From NCBI GenBank assembly GCA_900548695.1, contig URLC01000002.1, positions 95,692-159,691 on the forward strand: a stretch of 64,000 nt of DNA, read 5' to 3'. Position 1 is the stretch's first letter. Each line of letters begins with the position of its first letter. The position numbers and the translations under genes are program-made. The stretch comes from an uncultured Mycoplasmatota bacterium. GTDB taxonomy: Bacteria > Bacillota_I > Bacilli_A > RF39 > UBA660. The notes below the pieces were generated by a model. The model was not told the DNA's origin. It saw only the letters and a list, made by a program, of their open reading frames with translations, and searched no databases. Shown here in pieces: positions 56,089-64,000 of this stretch.

Positions 56089-56105
56089 TTAGTGAAATAG
56101 TTTGT

Positions 56106-56134
56106 TTGACAAAATTATAAATTTATAGTATGAT
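56106..56134 (+). promoter_or_regulatory. Sigma-A promoter of asnS leader
   Basis: TTGACA (56106-56111) is followed by a 17-nt spacer and TATGAT (56129-56134). Confidence 0.7.
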
Positions 56135-56140
56135 TGTCTT

Positions 56141-56428
56141 ACAATTTTTTAAAATGTTGAAAGAAAGAAGTAACTATTTTAAGCTTTTATTAGAGAGCTT
56201 GTGGTTGGTGGAAACGAGTAGGTTGAATAGTGAATAACATTCTTGAGTGCTTAAAGAATTAAGTAGACTAAGCCGGTAGCAGACCGTTACATTTGCTAGA
56301 TTTGATAGAATCGAAAAAGTGATTATGAAGAAATTAAGAAACTTTATAATAAATTGGGTGGTACCGCGGAATGCTAGTTTTCGTCCCTTTACTATATAGT
56401 AATATAGTGGGAGATACTAGCATTTTTT
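56141..56428 (+). promoter_or_regulatory. T-box riboswitch leader, Asn specifier AAC (56236-56238)
   Basis: It has AGAGAG (56192-56197), distal loop GGTTGGTGGAAA and GAAU-AAC-A in the specifier loop. The T-box sequence AAATTGGGTGGTACCGCG (56351-56368) is followed by a long terminator and a T-run (56370-56428). Confidence 0.88.
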
Positions 56429-56474
56429 GTTTATTTTTACATAGGATGATATACTAATAAAAGGAGGAATAATT

Positions 56475-57857
56475 ATGGCAATTGATGCAAAAGAGTTATA
56501 TCAAAGAATTGATGAATTTATGGATAAAGAAGTAGTTATACAGGGATGGATCCGTAATCATCGTAAACAAAAAGAATTTGGTTTTATTGACTTTTCTGAT
56601 GGAACTTGTTTTCAACATATTCAAATAGTATATGATGATAAGTTAGAAAGTTTTTTTGAAATTCAAAAATTTCATGTTGGTAGTGCTATTGAGGTGGTTG
56701 GTCAAGTAGTAGCATCTCCTAAAGAAGGACAAACTTTTGAAATTCAAGCTAAGGAACTTACTTTACTTGGGGATTGTCCAGAAGATTATCCCATTCAACC
56801 TAAAAAGCATTCTAGAGAATTTTTAAGAGAACAGGCTTATCTTCGACCACGTACTAACCTTTTTCAAGCAGTGTTTAGAGTAAGAAGTGTAGCTGCTTAT
56901 GCTATTCATAAATATTTTCAGGAAAGAGGATATGTTTATTTCCATGCACCACTCATTACAGCTAGTGACTGCGAAGGAGCTGGGGAGATGTTTCATGTTA
57001 CATGTTTTGATTTAGAGAATATTCCAATGGAAGATGGAAAAGTTCTTTATAACCAGGATATGTTTCAAACTGCTGCTTCTTTAACAGTTTCTGGTCAATT
57101 AGAAGCTGAGACATTTGCTTTAGCTTATAAAAAAACATATACATTTGGTCCAACTTTTAGAGCAGAGAACTCTAATACTAAAGTTCATGCCAATGAATTT
57201 TGGATGATAGAACCAGAAATTGCTTTTTGTGATTTAGAACAAGATATGGAAATTATGGAAGAGATGTTAAAATTTGTTGTTTCTTATGTTTTAGAACATT
57301 GTGCAGCAGAAATGAAGTTTTTAGATCAGTTTGTAGAGAAGGGACTAATTTTAAAGTTAGAGAAGTTAATTAGTTCTAAATTTACAAGAGTTACTCATAA
57401 AGAAGTTATTGATATTTTACAAAAAGCTAATGTTAAATGGGAATTTGAACCTGTGCAAGGTGAAGATATTGCTAAAGAACATGAAAAATATATTACTGAA
57501 TATTTTGATGGACCAGTATTTATTACTGATTGGCCAAAAGATATTAAGGCTTTTTATATGAAGCAAAATCCAGATGGTGAAACGGTTGCGGCTGTTGATC
57601 TTGAAGTGCCAGGAGCTGGAGAAATTATGGGCGGATCTCAAAGAGAAGAAGATTATGATAAATTAGTTACTCGTATGGATGAGTTAGGTATGGATAAAAA
57701 AGAGTTAGATTGGTATTTGAACCTTCGTAGATTTGGAGGTTGTGTTCATTCTGGTTTTGGTATGGGATTTGAAAGATTACTTATTTACCTAACGGGAGTA
57801 GAAAATATTCGTGATGTAATTCCTTATCCTAGAACTCCAGGAAATTGTTCTTTTTAA
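56475..57857 (+). CDS. asnS: Asparaginyl-tRNA synthetase
   Basis: It has class IIb motifs FRAENSNT and GGSQREE and an N-terminal OB fold, and it lies downstream of the Asn T-box. Confidence 0.95.
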   Translation: MAIDAKELYQRIDEFMDKEVVIQGWIRNHRKQKEFGFIDFSDGTCFQHIQIVYDDKLESFFEIQKFHVGSAIEVVGQVVASPKEGQTFEIQAKELTLLGDCPEDYPIQPKKHSREFLREQAYLRPRTNLFQAVFRVRSVAAYAIHKYFQERGYVYFHAPLITASDCEGAGEMFHVTCFDLENIPMEDGKVLYNQDMFQTAASLTVSGQLEAETFALAYKKTYTFGPTFRAENSNTKVHANEFWMIEPEIAFCDLEQDMEIMEEMLKFVVSYVLEHCAAEMKFLDQFVEKGLILKLEKLISSKFTRVTHKEVIDILQKANVKWEFEPVQGEDIAKEHEKYITEYFDGPVFITDWPKDIKAFYMKQNPDGETVAAVDLEVPGAGEIMGGSQREEDYDKLVTRMDELGMDKKELDWYLNLRRFGGCVHSGFGMGFERLLIYLTGVENIRDVIPYPRTPGNCSF

Positions 57858-57887
57858 GTTTACAATGAAAGTTGTAAACTTTTTTCT
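57857..57887 (+). terminator. Intrinsic terminator after asnS
   Basis: The 9-bp stem AGTTTACAA/TTGTAAACT is followed by a T-run. The track start at 57865 lies in its loop. Confidence 0.8.
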
Positions 57888-57939
57888 TTTTCTTTTTTTA
57901 TTTCTATGGTATACTAGCTTTTGCAAAAGAGGGGATATC

Positions 57940-58755
57940 ATGGAACCACTTTATAATTATTTATTGCAAAAAGAAACTCATATTGGCCTTTTAAGGAGTC
58001 ATCAAGAGGATGCTTTATTGAGTCTTGTACATCCAGAAGATGATAATATTAAACTATTAGGTGTTGCTGATGGAATGGGTGGAAAGCAGTATGGAGATAT
58101 AGCAGCTAATTTTGTCTTAGAAAAGTTTGGTTATTGGTTTTTAGAAAAGACCAAAGATATGTTTTATGATGTTATGAAATTAAAATGTGAGATGCTTGAT
58201 TTGATTATGGAATGTAATCATAAATTACTTTCTGATTATGGAAAAAATCAAGTTGGAACGACTTTATCATTAGCTTTGGTATTATTAGATCAAACTATCA
58301 TTCTTCATTTGGGAGATTCGCGCGTTTATTTTTATAAAAATGAAAATTTATTACAAGTTACTGAAGATGATTCAGATGTTTGGTTATATTATAAATATCA
58401 ACATATTGATAAGGAATGGTTAAGATATTTTAGTACTAGTAATATTATTCATAATTGTGTTGGAGTTTCTTTAGAAACTTGTAGACCACATATATATATT
58501 TACCCTAATGTCGCGTATGAAACTTTGTTAGTTATGACAGATGGGATTACTGATTTGATTACAGATTCTAAAATACAACGAATTTTTAGGGAAGAAAAGA
58601 CAAAAAACATTGCGAAAAGATTAGTTCATGAGGCAGTATTTGTTAATCAAAATCTTTTTATACCTGGAGAGTTAAAAAAATTAAAATTAGATAATTACAC
58701 AGTTCCTGTACAAGGAAGGGATAATGCTAGTGTTGTTTTGTTTTCAAAATTTTAA
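57940..58755 (+). CDS. PP2C-family Ser/Thr phosphatase
   Basis: It has GVADGMGG, TDGITD and DNASVV. The ATG at 57940 follows AAGAGGGGA. Confidence 0.85.
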   Translation: MEPLYNYLLQKETHIGLLRSHQEDALLSLVHPEDDNIKLLGVADGMGGKQYGDIAANFVLEKFGYWFLEKTKDMFYDVMKLKCEMLDLIMECNHKLLSDYGKNQVGTTLSLALVLLDQTIILHLGDSRVYFYKNENLLQVTEDDSDVWLYYKYQHIDKEWLRYFSTSNIIHNCVGVSLETCRPHIYIYPNVAYETLLVMTDGITDLITDSKIQRIFREEKTKNIAKRLVHEAVFVNQNLFIPGELKKLKLDNYTVPVQGRDNASVVLFSKF

Positions 58756-58809
58756 CTTTTAGAATAATTTTTTCTTTTTTTGTTCATTCTATTACTAGGA
58801 GGGACAAAA

Positions 58810-59421
58810 ATGAAGAATATTGGTAAAGTAGTTTTAGGGTTTGGCTTTCTTTTATTATTTTTAGCTGGCTGTGGTAATATGACTAATACTCCAACACAAA
58901 AAGTAGAAGAATTTTTAGGCAAATATCAAACTATGGATGAAGATGTTATCACACAACTTAAGCAAGTGCTTTCTGATGATAAGACAATGAATGATGAGCA
59001 AAAGGATAAATATAGAGCACTTATGGAAAAACAGTATCAAAACTTATCTTATAAAATAGAAAATGAAGATATAGATGGTGATAAGGCAACGGTTGATGTT
59101 GAAGTTGAAGTTTTAGATTATGCAACGACAATTAATAAGAGTAAAAAATATTATGAAGAACATAAAGATGAAATAGAAAAAGAAAATCAAGAAGATAAAA
59201 AAGATAATGATAATGTAATAGAAGATGCCGGAGATGATTTAGAGACTGCTGTTAAAGAAAGTAGTGCATATATTAATTATAAGTTAAAGGAGTTAGAGTC
59301 TGTTAGTGATACTACTACTTATACAATTACTTTTTATTTAAATAAAGAAAATGGTGATTGGAAATTACAAGATATTTCTGATTCTGATCGTCAAAAGCTT
59401 CATGGGTTATATGAAGGCTAG
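58810..59421 (+). CDS. Lipoprotein of unknown function
   Basis: It has the lipobox LLFLAGCG. The ATG at 58810 follows AGGAGGG. Confidence 0.7.
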   Translation: MKNIGKVVLGFGFLLLFLAGCGNMTNTPTQKVEEFLGKYQTMDEDVITQLKQVLSDDKTMNDEQKDKYRALMEKQYQNLSYKIENEDIDGDKATVDVEVEVLDYATTINKSKKYYEEHKDEIEKENQEDKKDNDNVIEDAGDDLETAVKESSAYINYKLKELESVSDTTTYTITFYLNKENGDWKLQDISDSDRQKLHGLYEG

Positions 59422-59447
59422 ATATCTATTTACAGATATCTTTTTTG
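59420..59447 (+). terminator. Intrinsic terminator
   Basis: The palindromic stem AGATATCT/AGATATCT with loop ATTTAC is followed by TTTTTT. Confidence 0.75.
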
Positions 59448-59522
59448 TTGAAAAATAATAAATTGACTTTTTTTTTATGTTAGTTTTTGTTATACTGTTT
59501 ATTAGAATAGAGGGTGAATGTC

Positions 59523-61502
59523 ATGTTAGGTAAAATTGAAGAGATTATTGATAATAGTGTAATAATAAATTTAAGTATTAATATTAATGAACAACCTAAT
59601 TTAGTTAATTTACATGTTGTATTTGAAGATGATACACCAAAAAAAGTAGTAGCCGAAATTGCTAATGTTAACCAGACTAAAATGATTGCTAATGTAGTCG
59701 GAGAAATTAATAATGGGTATTTTACACCTGGTGCTAGTTCTAAGCCATCATTTAAATCAAAAGTTAGATTGATTACTATGCCTGAATTGGAGTTGTTGTT
59801 TGGTAAGCAGGAAACAGAATTTGGTTACACTAATTTTGGAACCAGTAATGTTTATGAAGGATATAAGATTAATGTACCAATTAATGAATTTTTTAATACT
59901 CATTTTTCTATTTTGGGAAACTCTGGTGCTGGTAAGAGTTGTACAGTTGCATCGATTTTACAAAAATTATTTACCAGTAGTCCAAAGCCACCCATAAATT
60001 CATCTTTATTTTTCTTCGATGCATATGGTGAATATACTCATGCTTTTGGAGAGTTACATAAACAAAATCCAGCACTTAATTACAAAGCGTATACTACTAA
60101 TGTTGTTGATCCTGATTGTGAAATTTTAAGAATTCCTATTTGGTTATTGGATGTTGATGATTTAGCTTTATTACTTGATGCTAATTCAGCAGCACAGTTA
60201 CCAATTTTGGAAAAGACTTTGAAATTAGTACCAATATTAACTGGTGATTCAGAGATGGTTATTAAACGTAAAAATGATATTATTGCTAGAGCGTTGCAAG
60301 ATATTTTACTTTCTGGTAATGATTCTACAAAGATTCGGGATCAGGTAATTGCCGTTCTTACTAAGTTTAATACACCTGAATTAAATCTCGAAAGTACTAT
60401 TGCTCAACCTGGATATGTTCGTACGTTAAAACAATGTTTATATGTTGATAAATCTGGTAAGATGCAAGAGATGGAACTTGTTGTTGAATTTATTCGTGGA
60501 TATATTAGTGAAGAACAGGAAGATATCAGTGAAGAAGAGATGAATAAGTTTTATACACTTTCAGATTTGGAACTTGCTATGGAATTTGCTCTTATTAGTG
60601 AGGGTATTTTAAAGAGTGATAAAGTTTTTGATGTTGCAAATGTTATGAGTGTTCGTCTTCATACTTTAGCAACAGGGGATAATAGACATTATTTTTCTTA
60701 TCCAAAGTATGTTACAAGGGATCAATTTGTAGATTCTCTTTTATGGGATCCTAAAACGAATACTAAAGCTCAAATTGTTAACTTTAATATTAACTACATT
60801 GATGATCGTTTAGCAAAAGTAATTACAAAAATTTTATCTAGAATGTTTTTTTTGAAAGCTAGCACAACTAAACCTCGTGGTAGTTTGGCCTATCATATTA
60901 TTATTGAAGAAGCTCACCGTTATGTTCAACATGATAGTGATGTTCAGTTATTGGGATATAATATCTTTGAGCGTATTGCCAAAGAAGGACGTAAATATGG
61001 TATGTTTTTGGCTCTTATTACTCAAAGACCTAGTGAATTGTCAGATACTTGTGTTTCTCAATGTATGAACTTTGTCATACTTAGAACTTTGCATCCAACT
61101 GATTTGAAATATATTAAAGAGATGGTTCCAAATGTTTCTTCTGAAATAGTTTTACAGCTTAAAAATTTGAAACCTGGAAATTGTATTGCCTTCGGTTCAG
61201 CATTTAAAGTGCCAACTTCTATGTATGTAGATTTACCAAATCCTAGGCCACTATCTAATAATGTTGATTTGGAAAATGTATGGTACAAAACACCAAATGT
61301 TAATGCTTTAACACATCAACAAAATACAGGGGTTAGTGCTGGTGCTGTTCAGACAATGCCTTTTGTACCAGCGGCACAACCTGCTCCATCAATGGATGGT
61401 AAAGTTCATCAGGATATTGTTCCTACTCAAGTTTCCGTAGGACAGCAAGGAGCTCTTGCTAATAATAGGTTTATTCAACCAATCAGTAATACTAATGCCT
61501 AA
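59523..61502 (+). CDS. HerA/FtsK-clade (DUF87-like) P-loop ATPase with low-complexity C-terminal tail
   Basis: It has a HAS-barrel-like N-terminus, Walker A GNSGAGKS (nt 59916-59939), Walker B HIIIEEAHRY and LITQRPSEL. The ATG at 59523 lies 5 nt after GAGGGTGA. Confidence 0.75.
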   Translation: MLGKIEEIIDNSVIINLSININEQPNLVNLHVVFEDDTPKKVVAEIANVNQTKMIANVVGEINNGYFTPGASSKPSFKSKVRLITMPELELLFGKQETEFGYTNFGTSNVYEGYKINVPINEFFNTHFSILGNSGAGKSCTVASILQKLFTSSPKPPINSSLFFFDAYGEYTHAFGELHKQNPALNYKAYTTNVVDPDCEILRIPIWLLDVDDLALLLDANSAAQLPILEKTLKLVPILTGDSEMVIKRKNDIIARALQDILLSGNDSTKIRDQVIAVLTKFNTPELNLESTIAQPGYVRTLKQCLYVDKSGKMQEMELVVEFIRGYISEEQEDISEEEMNKFYTLSDLELAMEFALISEGILKSDKVFDVANVMSVRLHTLATGDNRHYFSYPKYVTRDQFVDSLLWDPKTNTKAQIVNFNINYIDDRLAKVITKILSRMFFLKASTTKPRGSLAYHIIIEEAHRYVQHDSDVQLLGYNIFERIAKEGRKYGMFLALITQRPSELSDTCVSQCMNFVILRTLHPTDLKYIKEMVPNVSSEIVLQLKNLKPGNCIAFGSAFKVPTSMYVDLPNPRPLSNNVDLENVWYKTPNVNALTHQQNTGVSAGAVQTMPFVPAAQPAPSMDGKVHQDIVPTQVSVGQQGALANNRFIQPISNTNA

Positions 61503-61522
61503 TTTTAGGCTTTTACTTTTTA
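61497..61522 (+). terminator. Probable intrinsic terminator
   Basis: A short stem GCCTA/TAGGC is followed by TTTTACTTTTT. Confidence 0.5.
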
Positions 61523-61582
61523 TAAATTTGTGTTAGAATAATATATAGTTAAGATAAAGATATGTTAATTGGAGGATACAAT

Positions 61583-62014
61583 ATGGCTTTAGACAAATTA
61601 AAAACTTTATTTGGTGGGGATGAGGATGCAAATGAGGAAATCGGAACTGATGAAGAATTTTATTCTGTTTCGAGAGAAGAATATCATGAAGAAAATGGAG
61701 TAGCTGGTAGTAAAATGATGTTATTAGAACCTCGTGCTTACTCTGAAAGTCAACAGATTGCTGATTATTTAAAGAATCGTTCTGCTGTTGTTGTTAATTT
61801 AAAACGTGTTACACCTGATCAAGCAAAGAGAATCGTAGATTTTTTAAGCGGAACTATTTATGCAATAGGTGGAGATTTACAAAAGTTAGGTGGAGGAATT
61901 TTCTTATGTACTCCTAATAATGTTAATGTAGAAGGAAAGATTAGTGATGATGCTACAGCTACACCTAAGTCTAAGACTTCTAAAAAAGATAAAGATGATG
62001 ATTTTGATTTTTAG
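61583..62014 (+). CDS. sepF: Cell division protein SepF
   Basis: It has [11 protein letters not shown], and a C-terminal core AVVVNLKRV...[23 protein letters not shown]. The ATG at 61583 follows GGAGGA. Confidence 0.9.
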   Translation: MALDKLKTLFGGDEDANEEIGTDEEFYSVSREEYHEENGVAGSKMMLLEPRAYSESQQIADYLKNRSAVVVNLKRVTPDQAKRIVDFLSGTIYAIGGDLQKLGGGIFLCTPNNVNVEGKISDDATATPKSKTSKKDKDDDFDF

Positions 62015-62037
62015 TTTATAATTTCTGAGGTGATTAT

Positions 62038-62475
62038 ATGGAAAAGTTTAGTTATGAAGCTAATGGATATAATCGTCAAGAAGTAAATCAGTTTGTTAGT
62101 GATGTCATTACTCAGACAGAAGGTATTATAAAAAAATGTAAGGCTCAAGGTGCGGCTTTGGAAAGTTTGAAAAAAGAAATTGAGCATTATAAGATGATGG
62201 AGAGTACTTTAAAGACAGCCATTTTAAAAGCTGAAGAGACAGGCGATAATATTAAGCGTATGGCAAGAGAAGAACATGAAATGATTATAGAGGATGCTAA
62301 AAATAATGCTAGTCGTATTGTCAATGAAGCATTACTTAAGGCTGAAAAAATTGAGAGTAATGCAGAAACACTTGAAAAAAATATGAAGATATTTAAGCGA
62401 AAACTAAAAATTATTATGGAACAGCAAATGGCTGTTGTTGATGAAATTGAATTGTTAGAGTTAGATCCTAGATAG
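62038..62475 (+). CDS. divIVA: DivIVA-domain protein
   Basis: It has the N-terminal motif GYNRQEVNQFVSDV followed by a coiled coil. Confidence 0.85.
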   Translation: MEKFSYEANGYNRQEVNQFVSDVITQTEGIIKKCKAQGAALESLKKEIEHYKMMESTLKTAILKAEETGDNIKRMAREEHEMIIEDAKNNASRIVNEALLKAEKIESNAETLEKNMKIFKRKLKIIMEQQMAVVDEIELLELDPR

Positions 62476-62677
62476 GGTCTTTTTTTTATTATGAGATATT
62501 ATCTTTTTGTTATAAAAAGACATCACCTTAATGTATTTATATTTTATAACTTTATTTTTTTATTTGAGTATAGATATCAGAAAATAAACATTTATTTCAA
62601 AAGTGAATAATATATTCATGGAGTAAATATACTTATTAAAATGAATAGATTAAATTTAATTAAATGTTAAAAAGTGA

Positions 62678-62706
62678 TTGCAGACATTTTAAAAGTGTGC
62701 TATATT
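62678..62706 (+). promoter_or_regulatory. Sigma-A promoter of third T-box leader
   Basis: TTGCAG (62678-62683) is followed by a 17-nt spacer and TGcTATATT (TATATT at 62701-62706). Confidence 0.65.
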
Positions 62707-62712
62707 AGGTGG

Positions 62713-62922
62713 GAAAGCATGTGCGAAAGACGGAATATTTTAGCGTAGGTAGAGAGCTTGTGGTTGGTGAAAACAAGTTATAAAGAAATATTTAGATCAC
62801 TTTCAAGTTGCGATTTATGGATAAGATAAATACGGTAACGCGTTATAGTTTGAGAGATAGATTTTTCTATGAACTAAGGTGGTACCACGAGTAATTCGTC
62901 CTTTGGATGAATTACTTTTTTT
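62713..62922 (+). promoter_or_regulatory. T-box riboswitch leader (probable Ile specifier AUC at 62796-62798)
   Basis: It has AGAGAG (62751-62756), distal loop GGTTGGTGAAA and T-box AACTAAGGTGGTACCACG. The terminator is GTAATTCGTCC/GGATGAATTAC plus a T-run (62889-62922). Confidence 0.8.
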
Positions 62923-62942
62923 ATTTTTGGAAAGGGGATTTT

Positions 62943-63893
62943 ATGTTTTTACAGATTATATTATTAATTTTGGGTTTTGTTGTTTTGATTAAGGGTGCGG
63001 ATTTGTTTGTTGATGGTGCTAGTGCTACTGCTCAAAACTTTAAGGTATCCAAGATGTTAATAGGACTTACGATTGTTGCTTTTGGTACTAGTGCTCCAGA
63101 GTTTGCTGTTAGTGTTAAGTCATTACTCAGTGGTAATGGAGATATGGTATTGGGGAATGTTATTGGTAGTAATATTTTAAATATTTTATTAATATTGGGT
63201 GTTTCTGCGATGTTTCATTCTCTTAGTGTAAAGAATAATACAGTAAAAAAGGAATTACCAATTACATTATTAATTACTACACTTTTTGCAGTACTTTTAT
63301 CTGATCATCTTTTTGATAAGAGTCTACCTAATAGTTTTACTAGAAGTGATGGTATTATCTTATTATTATTTTTCTTAGTATTTATTTATTATTTGATTTC
63401 CATGATGCGAAAGAAAATAGATGTGGATAATAATTTGCCTAATATGTCTTTAAAAAAAGCGATTTTATTTACTATAGTTGGAATTGTAGCCATTGTTATT
63501 GGAAGTAATTTAGTTGTAGATAGTGCTTCTTTTATTGCTTCAGCGTTAGGTGTTAGTGAAAGGATGATTTCGTTAACTATCATTGCTCTTGGTACCTCAC
63601 TTCCTGAGTTAGTTACTAGTGTAGCTGCTACTAGTAAAGGTGAATATGATATTGCGATCGGTAATGTGGTAGGAAGTAATATCTTTAATATAGGAATTGT
63701 TATTGGCGTGCCTGTTGTTTTGTTTGGTGGAGTTAGCCAAATTGCATTTAGTTATATTGATTTACTTGTTATGTTGGCATCAACTCTTTTGTTGTTTTTG
63801 TTTTCGTTTAGGGATTATAAAATTAGTAAATCAGAAGGTGCTATGTTTTTAACATTATTTATTATTTATTATACTTATGTAATCTTTGGATAA
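62943..63893 (+). CDS. CaCA-family (YrbG-like) Ca2+/cation antiporter
   Basis: It has two alpha-repeats (AFGTSAPEFAVSV plus GNVIGSNILNILL, and ALGTSLPELVTSV plus GNVVGSNIFNIG). The ATG at 62943 follows GGAAAGGGGA. The track start at 62907 lies inside the T-box terminator. Confidence 0.85.
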   Translation: MFLQIILLILGFVVLIKGADLFVDGASATAQNFKVSKMLIGLTIVAFGTSAPEFAVSVKSLLSGNGDMVLGNVIGSNILNILLILGVSAMFHSLSVKNNTVKKELPITLLITTLFAVLLSDHLFDKSLPNSFTRSDGIILLLFFLVFIYYLISMMRKKIDVDNNLPNMSLKKAILFTIVGIVAIVIGSNLVVDSASFIASALGVSERMISLTIIALGTSLPELVTSVAATSKGEYDIAIGNVVGSNIFNIGIVIGVPVVLFGGVSQIAFSYIDLLVMLASTLLLFLFSFRDYKISKSEGAMFLTLFIIYYTYVIFG

Positions 63894-64000
63894 AAAGACA
63901 TATATGGGAATAGATTTATTATTTGCTTGAAACATATTTGTAATAGAATTTTTATGTCTATTATGTATAGAGAAGATTATGATATTAATTGAGTTATTGT

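Noticed and set aside
59523-61502. I considered HerA-like ATPase as part of a known anti-phage system (SIR2-HerA, DUF4297-HerA) or a HerA-NurA pair.
   Set aside because: No SIR2, DUF4297, NurA or other nuclease/effector ORF is adjacent on either side. The gene is bracketed by terminators and housekeeping genes. I kept it as a finding only as an orphan HerA.

Overview
This is a 64-kb chromosomal segment from a very AT-rich, low-GC Firmicute. The evidence is three T-box leaders, a sepF-divIVA pair, the operon order rimP-nusA-ylxR-infB-rbfA and a radC-mreC-mreD-spoIVFA/B-like block. An Erysipelotrichia-like origin is only a guess. I could run no database search, so every family call rests on motifs read from the translations and on gene order.

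I call about 58 CDS, mostly on the + strand, plus 9 tRNA genes: Ala-UGC, Cys-GCA, Gly-GCC, Lys-CUU, Ile-GAU, Asn-GUU, Glu-UUC and Ser-GCU among them. There are three T-box riboswitches, upstream of valS, asnS and a CaCA-family antiporter, and several near-consensus sigma-A promoters and intrinsic terminators. I saw no CRISPR array, transposase, integrase or prophage genes.

Many N-terminal extensions in the ORF track run into promoters or terminators, and I trimmed these to starts supported by a ribosome-binding site (RBS). One gene (21307..22236, minus) is truncated in the track because it has no ATG/GTG/TTG start. One 54-aa gene (14231..14395, minus) is missing from the track.

The items most worth follow-up are:
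- a monocistronic 2554-aa Cgs/NdvB-like cyclic beta-1,2-glucan synthase homologue in a genome that should have no periplasm;
- a 629-aa protein built from six tandem sigma-70-region-4-like HTH modules;
- a T-box leader, probably with an Ile AUC specifier, at the position where Bacillus has ileS but here driving a Ca2+/cation antiporter-family gene;
- a solitary HerA/FtsK-clade ATPase next to sepF-divIVA;
- an orphan BcrAD/BadFG-type activase three-gene cluster whose first gene needs an AUU or AUC start;
- a MurF-like ligase with a polytopic membrane N-terminus.
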